NCBI RefSeq assembly: GCF_963921235.1
Contig: NC_086100.1
Span: 199,642,001-199,706,000 of the forward strand
Source: Mobula hypostoma
Lineage: Eukaryota
Direction of reading: 5' to 3'
DNA length: 64,000 nt
Shown: in pieces, positions 48,801 to 59,380 of the stretch
Position numbering within the stretch: the first letter of the stretch is position 1
Layout of the letters: every line of letters starts with the position of its first letter
Notes under the pieces: model-generated
Seen by the model: the letters and a program-made list of their open reading frames with translations, nothing else
What the model was told of the DNA's origin: nothing
Database searches by the model: none
Translations under genes and position numbers: made by a program

Positions 48801-49921
48801 AATTACGGGAAAGCTACATACGTGGATAGAGCAGTGGCTGATTGGCAGGAAACAGAGAGTGGGAATAAAGGGATCCTATTCTGGTTGGCTGCCGGTTACC
48901 AGTGGTATTCCACAGGGGTCCGTGTTGGGGCCGCTTCTTTTCACATTGTACATCAATGATTTAGATTATGGAATAGAGGACTTTGAAGTTTGCTGACGAT
49001 ACGAAGATAGGTGGAGGGGCCGGTAGTGCTGAGGAAACGGAGAGTCTGCAGAGAGACTTGGATAGATTGGAAGAATGGGCAGAGAAGTGGCAAATGAAGT
49101 ATAATGTTGGAAAGTGTATGGTTATGCACTTTGACAGAAAAAATAAACGGGCAGACTATTATTTAAATCGGGAAAGAATTCAAAGTTCTGAGATGCAAGG
49201 GGACTTGGGAGTCCTCGTACAGGATACCCTTAAGGTTAACCTCCAGGTTGAGTCGGTAGTGAAGAAGGTGAATGCAATGTTGGCATTCATTTCTAGAGGA
49301 ATAGAGTATAGGAGCAGGGGTGTAATGTTGAGGCTCTATAAGGTGCTGGTGAGACCTCACTTGGAGTACTGTGGGCAGTTTTGGTCTCCTTATTTAAGAA
49401 AGGAGGTGCTGACTTTGGAGAGGGTGCAGAGAAGATTCACGAGAATGATTCCGGGAATGAGAGGGTTAACATATGAGGAACGTTTGTCCGCTTTTGGACT
49501 GTATTCCTTGGAGTTTAGAAGAATGAGGGGAGACCTCATAGAAACATTTCGAATGTTGAAAGGCATGGACAGAGTGGATGAAGCAAAGTTGTTTCTCATG
49601 GTGGGGGAGTCTAGTACGAGAGGGCATGACTTAAGGATTGAAGGGCACCCATTCAGAACAGAAATGCGAAGAAATTTTTTTAGTCAGAGGGTGATGAATC
49701 TATGGAATTTGTTGCCACAGGCAGCAGTGGAGGCCAAGTCATTGGGTGTATTTAAGGCAGAGATTGATAGGTATCTGAGTAGCCAGGGCATCAAAGGTTA
49801 TGGTGAGAAGGCAGGGGAGTGGGACTAAATGGGAGAATGGATCAACTCATGGTAGAATGGCGGAGCAGACTCGATGGGCCAAATGGCCGACTTCTGCTCC
49901 TTTGTCTTATGGTCTTATGGT
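45801..49921 (+). mobile_element. Near full-length CR1 LINE (another family); ORF2 disrupted
   Basis: ORF1 plus APE/RT fragments 46917-49828; (TCTTATGG)n tail. Confidence 0.95.
45913..46848 (+). CDS. CR1 ORF1p (zinc finger, coiled coil, SGNH esterase)
   Basis: CSGC..CARC, VGDSIVRG, HVGTND, DRLHLN; open 311-aa frame. Confidence 0.88.
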   Translation: MPAGLVLCSGCQMWESWETSSLPDGHICARCTEMQLLRDRVRDLELQLDDLLLIRESEEVIDRSYREVVIPRLQGSENWVTVKRGKGNARIVESTPVAVPLSNKYLVLDAAEGDDLTGDAHSDRVSGTEPGAVVQERRREKRNAVVVGDSIVRGMDRRFCEPDRDTHMLCCLPGARVRDVSDRVLNILKGEGEQPVVLVHVGTNDIDRTKEEVLKRDFWELGRKLRSRTSRVVISGLLPVPRASEGKNSRIRQMNAWLRDWCRGQGFRFLDNWDLFWGKYDLFKKDRLHLNPKGTNILAGKFNRAVREGLN

Positions 49922-50187
49922 CTGTCACATCTGGCTGCGGTACCACAGATCAGCAGATGACACCAGGACAAGAGTTGCTTCAGGCCCCTGAACACATATT
50001 ACACCTGACCCTTTGCAGAAATTATTGTGAAACTTCTCATCAGTGGCATTTGGTAAGTAGGTAATTACTTTTAAATTGGTAAAATACATGATTATCGTCT
50101 TTTTCGTTACTTGCTTGATATTTATATTTTATGATAATCAGTGAGTGCAACTGTGCAATACTTTGTCATATTATTAAATTAAGTATT

Positions 50188-50790
50188 ATAGTCATAGTCA
50201 TACTTTATTGATCCCGGGGGAAATTGGTTTTCGTTACAGTTGCACCATAAATAATAAATAGTAATAGAACCATAAATAGTTAAATAGTAATATGTAAATT
50301 ATGCCAGTAAATTATGAAATAAGTCCAGGACCAGCCTATTGGCTCAGGGTGTCTGACCCTCCAAGGGAGGAGTTGTGAAGTTTGATGGCCACAGGCAGGA
50401 GTGACTTCCTATGACGTTCTGTGTTGCATCTCGGTGGAATGAGTCTCTGGCTGAATGTACTCCTGTGCCCACCCAGTACATTATGTAGTGGATGGGAGAC
50501 ATTGTCCAAGATGGCATGCAACTTAGACAGCATCCTCTTTTCAGACACCACCATGACAGAGTCCAGTTCCATCCCCACAACATCACTGGCCTTAGGAATG
50601 AGTTTGTTGATTCTGTTGGTGTCTGCTACCCGCAGCCTGCTGCCCCAGCACACAACAGTAAACATGATAGCACTGGCCACCACAGACTCGTAGAACATCC
50701 TCAGCATCGTCCGGTAGATGTTAAAGGACCTCAGTCTCCTCAGGAAATAGAGACGACTCTGACCCTTCTTGTAGACAGCCTCGGTGTTCT
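50188..50790 (-). mobile_element. Rex1 family C 3' fragment, inserted in the hAT right arm
   Basis: ORF 50336-50800 homologous to 43000-43448; (GACTAT)n tail. Confidence 0.9.
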
Positions 50791-50948
50791 TTAACCTCAT
50801 TATATGATTTATTGTACCAGTTATACACTGCAGTGATAGGCTATAATCTTGTTAATGTCTTAACTATCACTATATTTCTGTGGAGCTCTGGAATTCATAT
50901 ATTTCTTTCATCTTGGTTTAGTGCTTGACATTATAAGAAGCCCTATTC

Positions 50949-51057
50949 ATATATATGTCAGACCCAATTTATGTACCTGCTCATTACATGAATGGGGCAA
51001 GGAAGTTGCCCAGTACATGAAATGAGCAGGTACACAAATTGGGTGTGACATATATAT
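50949..51057. repeat. ~110-bp near-perfect palindrome flanked by (TA)n, MITE-like
   Basis: TGTCAGACCCAATTTATGTACCTGCTCATTACATG... pairs with ...CATGAAATGAGCAGGTACACAAATTGGGTGTGACA. Confidence 0.8.
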
Positions 51058-51379
51058 AGAGGGGATATAGGAAATGGCAAGCATTTTGTCAGCTCCGGCA
51101 CCTAAAAAATTAGCACTGCACCCCTGGATAAAAGTACAAATATAAACTGCAAACAAGAGAAAATCTGCACGGAAGGGGTCACGACTTTCATCCGGAAGGG
51201 CATGGAGGATATTGTCCCCCATAAATCAATTCAACCCAACCATCAAGCACCCGAGCTACACACTTTCTGAGCTATTTCTACTTAAAGCAGAGCTTATCCG
51301 AACAAAGCAACCAAGGCAGATGCCTCTTCTTTCGGCCTGGGGGGGGGGGGGGGGCGGTGTGGTCATGTGATTCTGCAGT

Positions 51380-51660
51380 GGTGTATGGAAACGGGTGGAA
51401 TATGCATCAAGAGCACTCCTACTGATCAGTGTTACGCCCAAATCGAAAAGGGAGACACTGGCTCTCGACTGGGCATGCGAACGCTTCAGCTGCTACTTGA
51501 TCCACACTAAATTCTAACTTGAAACAGATCACAAGCTCAAAACACTTGGATGACTTACTTCCATGTCTGCAAAGATCCAGAATGCGGCTTATGCAATACT
51601 GTTATGACATTGAACGTGTCCCCGGCAAATCTTTCATAACACCAGACACTCTGTCAAGGA
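51380..51660 (+). mobile_element. Degenerate Gypsy pol (RNase H region) remnant
   Basis: Frameshifted EYASRAL..YAQIEK..LALDWACERFSCYL..LETDHK..RLMQYCYDIERVPGK..PDTLSR. Confidence 0.75.
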
Positions 51661-51679
51661 TGCCATTCAAATGTGAAGA

Positions 51680-52061
51680 TACCTGAATCTGTCCAAGTCC
51701 TCTAAAGCCCCTCAACTTCCTCAAAATTGCCTGTATCTCTACCTATCTTTGTATCATCTGCAAACATGGCCACAAAGCCATCAATTCCTTCATCCAAATC
51801 ATTAGCGTACAATGTAAGAAGAAGTGGTCCCAACACAGACCCCTGTGGAACACCAATATTCATCAGCAGACAACAAAAAAGGCTCCATTTATTCCCACCC
51901 TTAGCCTCCTGCCAATCAGCCAATGCTCTATCCATACTAGAATCTTTCCTGTAATATCATGAGCACTGAACTTGTTAAACAGCCGTATATGTGGCACCTT
52001 GTCAAAGCCCTTCTGAAAATCCAAGTACACAGCATCAAATGATTCTCCTTTGTCTATCCTG
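51680..52061 (-). mobile_element. CR1 RT fragment
   Basis: [32 protein letters not shown]. Confidence 0.85.
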
Positions 52062-52473
52062 CATTTCAAGATTATCTTTCTTTTTCAATCTTTTTATTAA
52101 TTTCATAAAATGAAAACATAACAAAGCAAAAATACAACTAGTAGGAGATACATTGTTACAGTTAAAATGAGTAATTGTAAAGCCATAAAGTATAAATTGA
52201 CGAAGATCCCAATCGTGTAGAATAACAATGAGTAATATAAAGCAAAAAAACTGAAGAAAAATCATGAAAAAGAAAAAAAAATAACCCCCACCCCAAAAAA
52301 AACTAAACTAAACAGAATTAGTAAACTAAACTAAAAGACTTGGGCAATACTAACAACTTGAAAATGGGAAAAATGAAAACCTTAGTGTCAACGACCCCAT
52401 TCCTCTCAACCAACAGTACAGAGAGATAAAACAAGTTTGGAAATAGTCAAATTACATCAAATGAAAATGCTGA

Positions 52474-55400
52474 TGTAAATAGAGGGATGGCTCAAGCGAA
52501 GCGGCCAGTGGAAAGCGGCCAGTGCGTGAGTGGGCCAGTGAAGGAGTGGAGCTTTGAAGCTTTGACTCGAGAGATTCTGGCAGTTTTGGCAGTTAGTCTG
52601 TGCAATCAAGTCAATCAAGATTTGAATAGATCAGCAGAAAGCCGTTGATTTTCAATCAAGATCTTCGACGAGAAGAGACGGAGGACAAGCTAGTTCGCAG
52701 TTAGTCTTTACAATGCCTCCTGAGACGGTGATGTGCCTCTCATGTGAGATGTGGCAGTCTTGGGGGAATGCCCCTCTCCCACAGAGTCACATCTGCCAGA
52801 AGTGCATACGGCTGGGCGATCTGGAAGACCATGTAAGGAATCTGGAGCAGCAGCTGGATGACCTTCGACTCATAAGGGAGAATGAGGCAGTCATAGATGA
52901 GAGCTACAGGCAGGTAGTCACACCGAGGCTGTCGGAAGCAGGTCGTTGGGTGACAGTCAGATGGGGGAAAGCGAAGGTGAGCAGACAGGTAGTGCAGAGC
53001 ACCCCTGTAGCCATTCCCCTGAATAATAAGTTCACTGTCCTGGATACTGTTGGCGGGGACAACCGACCAGGTGTGAGCCACGGTGGCAGGGCCTCTGGCA
53101 CTGAGTCTGACCCTGTGGTGCAGAAGGGTGGGACTGAGAAGAGGAGATCTGTCGTCATTGGAGACTCTATAGTCAGGGGAGCAGACAGGAGATTTTGTGG
53201 ACGTGAGAAGGATACCCACATGGTTTGTTGCCTCCCGGGTGCCAGGGTCCGGGATGTCTCTGACTGGGTGCACGACATCCTGGTACGAGAGGGAAAGCAA
53301 CCAGAAGTCGTGATACATGTTGGGACCAACGACATAGGCAGGAAGAGGGATGAGGTCCTGAAGTGTGAGTTTTGGGAACTAGGCAGAAGACTGAAGAACA
53401 GGACCTCAAGGGTGACGTTCTCAGGGTTGCTGCCAGTGCTACGTGACAGTGATGGTAAGAATTGGAGGAGATGGCAGTTGAATGCGTGGCTGAGGAGTTG
53501 GTGCAGGGAGCAGGGTTTTAGGTTTTTAGATCATTGGGATCTCTTCTGGAGAAGGTGGGACCTGTACAGATCGGATGGGTTGCACCTGAACTCGAGGGGG
53601 AGCAATATCCTTGCAGGAAGGTTTGCTAGCATGGTTCGAGAGGGTTTAAACTAATTTGCGAGGGGGATGGGACCCAGAGCGATAGAGCAGTGAAAGAAGT
53701 GCATGGAGTAAAGCCAGATCTAACATACAGAGAGGCTTTGAGGAAAGAGAAGCAGAATAAACGGTGTAAAGACAGTAAGATAGAAGGGCTGAAATGTGTG
53801 TACCTCAATGCAAGAAGCATCAGGAGCAAAGGTGATGAACTGAGAGCTTGGATACATACATGGAATTATGATGTAGTGGCCATTACAGAGACTTGGCTGG
53901 CACCAGGGCAGGAATGGATTCTCAATATTCCTGGATTTCAGTGCTTTAAAAAGGATAGAGAGGGTGGAAAAAGGGGAGGAGGGGTGGCATTACTGGTCAG
54001 GGATACGATTACAGCTACAGAAAGGGTGGGTAATGTAGCAGGATCCTCTTTTGAGTCAATAATGGGTGGAAGTCAGGAACTGGAAGGGAGCAGTTACTCT
54101 ACTGGGGGTATTCTATAGGCCCCCTGGTAGCAGCAGAGGTACAGAGGAGCAGATTGGGAGGCAGATTTTGGAAAGGTGCAAAAAAAACAGGGTTGTTATC
54201 ATGGGTGACTTTAACTTCCCTAATATTGACTGGCACCTGATTAGTTCTAAGGGTTTAGATGGGGCAGAATTTGTTAAGTGTGTCCAGGATGGATTCCTGT
54301 CGCAAAATGTGGACAGGCCGACCAGGGGGAATGCCATACTAGATCTAGTACTAGGTAATGAACCGGGTCAGGTCACAGATCTCTCAGTGGGTGAGCATCT
54401 GGGGGACAGTGACCACCGCTCTCTGGCCTTTATAATTATCATGGAAAAGGATAGAATCAAAGAGGACAGGAAAATTTTTAATTGGGGAAAGGCAAATTAT
54501 GAGGCTATAAGGCGAGAACTTGTGGGTGTGAATTGGGATGATGTTTTTGCAGGGAAATGTACTATGGACATGTGGTCGATGTTTAGAGATCTCTTGCAGG
54601 ATGTTAGGGATAAATTTGTCTTGGTGAGGAAGATAAAGAATGGTAGGGTGAAGGAACCATGGGTGACAAGTGAGGTGGAAAATCTAGTCAGGAGGAAGAA
54701 GGCAGCATACATGAGGTTTAGGAAGCAAGGATCAGATGGGTCTATTGAGGAATATAGGGAAGCAAGAAAGGAGCTTAAGAAGGGGCTGAGAAGAGCAAGA
54801 AGGGGGTATGAGAAGGCCTTGGCGAGTAGGGTAAAGGAAAACCCCAAGGCATTCTTCAATTATGTGAAGAAAAAAAGGATGACAGGAGTGAAGGTAGAAC
54901 CGATTAGAGATAAAGGTGGGAGGATGTGCCAGGAGGCTGTGGAAGTGAGCGAGGTCCTCAATGAATACTTCTCTTCGGTATTCACCAATGAGAGGGAACT
55001 TGATGATGGTGAGGACAATATGAGTGAGGTTGATGTTCTGGAGCATGTTGATATTAAGGGAGAGGAGTTGTTGGGAGTTGTTAAAATACATTAAGACAGA
55101 TAAGTCCCCGGGGCCTGACGGAATATTCCCCAGGCTGCTCCATGAGGCGAGAGAAGAGATTGCTGAGCCTCTGGCTAGGATCTTTATGTCCTCGATGTCC
55201 ATGGGAATGGTACTGGAGGATTGGAGGAAGGCGAATGTTGTTCCCTTGTTCAAAAAAGGTAGTAGGGATAGTCCGGGTAATTATAGACGAGTGAGCCTTA
55301 CGTCTGTTGTGGGAAAGCTGTTGGAAAATATTCTTAGAGATAGGATCTATGGGCATTTAGAGAATTATGGTCTGATCAGGGACAGTCAGTATGGCTTTGT

Positions 55401-56645
55401 GAAAGGCAGATCATGTCTAACAAGCCTGATAGAGTTATTTGAGGAGGTGACCAGGCATATAGATGAGGGTAGTGCAGTGGATGTGATCTATATGGATTTT
55501 AGTAAGGCATTTGACAAGGTTCCACATGGTAGGCTTATTCAGAAAGTCAGAAGGCTTGGGATCCAGGGAAGTTTGGCCAGGTGGATTCAGAATTGGCTTG
55601 CCTACAGAAGGCAGAGGGTGGTGGTGGAGGGAGTACATTCAGATTGGAGGATTGTGACTAGTGGTGTCCCACAAGGATCTGTTCTGGGACCTCTACTTTT
55701 CGTGATTTTTACTAATGACCTGGATGTGGGGGTAGAAGGGTGGGTTGGCAAGTTTGCAGACGCCACAAATGTTGGTGGTGTTGTAGATAGTGTAGAGGAT
55801 TGTCAAAGATTACAGAGAGACATTGATAGGATGCAGAAGTGGGCTGAGAAGTGGCAGATGGAGTTCAACCCGGAGAAGTGTGAGGTGGTACACTTTGGAA
55901 GGACAAACTCCAAGGCAGAGTACAAAGTAAATGGCAGGATACTTGGTAGTGTGGAGGAGCAGAGGGATCTCGGGGTACGTGTCCACAGATCCCTGAAAGT
56001 TGCCTCACAGGTGGATAGGGTAGTTAAGAAAGCTTATGGGGTTTTAGCTTTCATAAGTCGAGGGATAGAGTTTAAGAGTCGCGATGTAATGATGCAGCTC
56101 TATAAAACTCTGATTAGGCCACACTTGGAGTATTGTGTCCAGTTCTGGTCACCTCACTATAGGAAGGATTTGGAAGCATTGGAAAGGGTACAGAGGAGAT
56201 TTACCAGGATGCTGCCTGGTTTAGAAAGTATGCATTATGATCAGAGATTAAGGGAGCTAGGGCTTTACTCTTTGGAGAGAAGGAGGATGAGAGGAGACAT
56301 GATAGAGGTGTATAAGATAATAAGAGGAATAGATAGTGTGGATAGCCAGCGCCTCTTCCCCAGGGCACCACTGCTCAATACAAGAGGACATGGCTTTAAG
56401 GTAAGGGGTGGGAAGTTCAAGGGGGATATTAGAGGAAGGTTTTTTACTCAGAGAGTGGTTGGTGCGTGGAATGCACTGCCTGAGTCAGTGGTGGAGGCAG
56501 ATACACTAGTGAAGTTTAAGAGACTGCTAGACAGGTATGTGGAGGAATCTAAGGTGAGGGCTTATATGGGAGGCAGGGTTTGAGGGTCGGCACAACATTG
56601 TGGGCTGAAGGGCCTGTACTGTGCTGTACTATTCTATGTTCTATA
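52474..56645 (+). mobile_element. Full-length CR1 LINE inserted antisense at the end of L1 ORF2
   Basis: ORF1 52713-53654; ORF2 in three frames 53690-56583 (FADD mutated to FADA); (ATTCTATGTTCT) tail. Confidence 0.95.
52713..53654 (+). CDS. CR1 ORF1p (zinc finger, coiled coil, SGNH esterase)
   Basis: 313-aa open frame nearly identical to 7119-8060; GDS, GTND, DGLHLN. Confidence 0.88.
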   Translation: MPPETVMCLSCEMWQSWGNAPLPQSHICQKCIRLGDLEDHVRNLEQQLDDLRLIRENEAVIDESYRQVVTPRLSEAGRWVTVRWGKAKVSRQVVQSTPVAIPLNNKFTVLDTVGGDNRPGVSHGGRASGTESDPVVQKGGTEKRRSVVIGDSIVRGADRRFCGREKDTHMVCCLPGARVRDVSDWVHDILVREGKQPEVVIHVGTNDIGRKRDEVLKCEFWELGRRLKNRTSRVTFSGLLPVLRDSDGKNWRRWQLNAWLRSWCREQGFRFLDHWDLFWRRWDLYRSDGLHLNSRGSNILAGRFASMVREGLN

Positions 56646-58039
56646 TTCTATGAATGAATGGCCTCCAAGTTTTTTCAAATCTAATAGAAGGGTCATAAAC
56701 CGCACTTCTAATTTTTTCCAAATTCAAACATACCATAGTTTGTGAAAACCAATGAAATACAGTAGGAGGGTTAATCTCTTTCCAATGCAGCAAAATGGAT
56801 CTTCTAGCCATTAGAGTAAGAAATGCAATCATCCTACGTGCTGAAGAGGTTAAATAATTTGAATCTATCATTAGTAATCCAAAAATAGCAGTAATTGGAT
56901 GGGGTTGTAAGTCTATATTCACAACCGTGGAAATAATGTCAAAAATATCTTTCCAATATTTTTCCAACAAAGGACATGACCAAAACATGTGAATTAAAGA
57001 AGCTATCTCGCAATGACATCTATCACATATTGGATTAATATAAGAATAATAACGAGATAGTTTATCTTTGGACATATGAGTCCTGTGCACAACTTTAAAC
57101 TGTATCAACACATGTTTGGCACATATAGAGGATAAATTAACCAACTGAAGAATTTTTCCCATTTTTCAGTCGGTATAATAATCTTAAGTTCTCTTTCCCA
57201 GTCAGCTTTAATTTTATTGGAAACATCAGGGCATAAATTCATAATTATATTATATATAATTGCTACAACACTTTTCTGTGAGAGATTTAAATCTAAAATT
57301 TTTTCCTAAGTGTCCATTAGATATGGGTGTGGAAAATTAGGAGAAACAGTAATTAACAAGTTTCTAATCTGTAGATATCTAAAAAAGTGAGATCTGGGTT
57401 AGTTATATTTATTAGAAAGTTGATCAAAAGACATGAAACAATTATCCAGAAATAAATCACGAAAACGAATTATACCTTTGGTTTTCCAATCAGAGTAAGC
57501 TTGATCCATAGTGGAGGGTTGAAAAAGGAAATTAGATATAATAGGACTTGCTAAAATAAATTGATTAAACCCAAAAAATCTTGGAGATTGAAACCATATA
57601 CGTAAAGTGTGCTTGACTATTGGATTATTCATTTGTTTACACAGTTTGGAAGAAGTAAAAGGAAGGGAAGTTCCTGAAACCGAACCCAGTTTCTGTAAGT
57701 ACCTTTTACCTAACCTAGGATTTTTGTTCTGCCATATTTTTGAGTCTACGTTATCGAAAAAAGATATTGGGATAAAAATTGGAACCGATTGAAATACATA
57801 TAAAAATTTGGGCAAAATGATCATCTTAATAGCATTAATCCGACCAATCAAAGACAAAGAGATTTGTGACCATTTAGTAAACAAAAGTTTAATCTGATCA
57901 ATTAAGGGTAAGAAATTAGCTTTAAATAAATCTTTATACTTTTTCGTAATTGTTATCCCTGAATATATAAATGAATCAGTAACCAATTTTAATGGTAAAT
58001 ATCCATAAATAGGTACCTGCTTATTTAGGGGGAGTAATT

Positions 58040-58608
58040 AGGGGTATATAGGGTGTCAGGGAGGGGTAGCACCTCTGGTGGGGGAACATGTCGTGTCCTT
58101 TTCAGGGCGGTTAGTCCACCTTTGGTCCCCACCTGGCACTCAGCTCTCACCTGTGGCTCCCCGTAGCTGTTTGCATGCGACAGCGGCCACACCCCGGGCA
58201 ACGGCTTCGACAAGCTGGCTAAACCGGGTGAGGGTAGCCGACGGGTCTCAAACCCTCGGTGAGATAGGGAGTTGTCTATCCCAGCATGTGAAGACAAACT
58301 CCGCCGGATTGAGCGGACGAGACCAATGGAAGGTCCAATGGTCAAGAAGGCGGTCTCTGCAAGCGTCGTGGAACGTGTAGAGCAGGACAAGACACAGAAG
58401 ATGTCCTGGTCATCCACTGCACCTGGTCCCATCTCCAGCCGTCTAGACTCTGTCTTGCCACTGGATCCAGATGGGAATTGGGAAGAGAGAGTGAGGCTGA
58501 CGCTGCGCAACTCTCCCTCACTTAAATCCAAATCACGCGCTAGTCTCGACACCATCATTATGGTGTCGAGGTCCTCATCGACGCCAATGATGGACGAACA
58601 ACAACAAC
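58040..58608 (+). mobile_element. Non-coding retroposon, probably RTE-mobilised, with (CAA)n tail
   Basis: GC-rich insert interrupting AT-rich L1 ORF2; AATT at 58036-58039 and 58609-58612; 3' hairpins; no tRNA A/B boxes seen. Confidence 0.8.
58051..58234 (+). ncRNA. Predicted HDV-like self-cleaving ribozyme
   Basis: Manual fold gives P1, P1.1, P2, P3, P4 in HDV order with GGGCAAC...UGGCUAA context around candidate catalytic C58219. Confidence 0.75.
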
Positions 58609-59380
58609 AATTCACTCTTATTAAGGTTCAATTTATAACCAGAAAAATTACTAAATTGAGCCAACAGACCTAGAGTAGCAGGAATTGACTTCTCTGGATT
58701 GGAGATGTATAACAACAAATCATCTGCATATAATGATAATTTATGTATTTTGTTTCCGCGGGTAATACCAAAACTGTTGGGTGAGTCACGGATAGCAATT
58801 GCTAAAGGTTCAAGGGCGATATTGAAAAGTAAAGGACTGAGAGGACATCCTTGCCTAGTACCACGAAAAAGACGAAAAAAAGGAGATCTATGATTATTAG
58901 TACAAACCGAGTCTACTGGGGAGTAATATAACAATTTAATCCAAGCTGCAAATGTCAGACTAAAATTGAATTTCTCAAGGACATTAAGTAAATAAGGCCA
59001 TTCGACTCTGTCAAAGGCTTTCTCAGCATCCAATGAGATAATACATTCCGGGGTAGTAAGTGAGGGGGTATAAACAATATTCATTAACCTCCTAGTATTA
59101 AAAGATGAATAACGATTTTTAATAAATCCGGTTTGATCCATAGATATAATTTGAGGTAATACCTTCTCTAACCTAGTTGGTAGAATTTTTGAAAAAATTT
59201 TTGAATCTACATTCAAAAGAGATATCGGTCTATATGATGCACAATCAGTAGGATCTGTATTCTTTTTAAGAATTAAAGAGTTAGAAGCTTCATAAAACGA
59301 TTGTGGTAATTTACCTAAACTGATTGCTTCCTTGAATATTCTAGACAATTTCGGAGAAAGAATGGAGGAAAAAAATTTTA

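Larger units (their letters stand above)
36217..51126 (+). mobile_element. hAT transposon (KIAA1586-like) with both termini, expanded to 14.9 kb by internal cargo
   Basis: TIRs CAGGGGTGCGGTGCT (36217) / AGCACTGCACCCCTG (51112-51126), 14/15 match; perfect 8-bp TSD GATAAAAG at 36209-36216 and 51127-51134; transposase C-terminus VTSWLRYHRSADDTRTR from ~49924. Confidence 0.88.
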
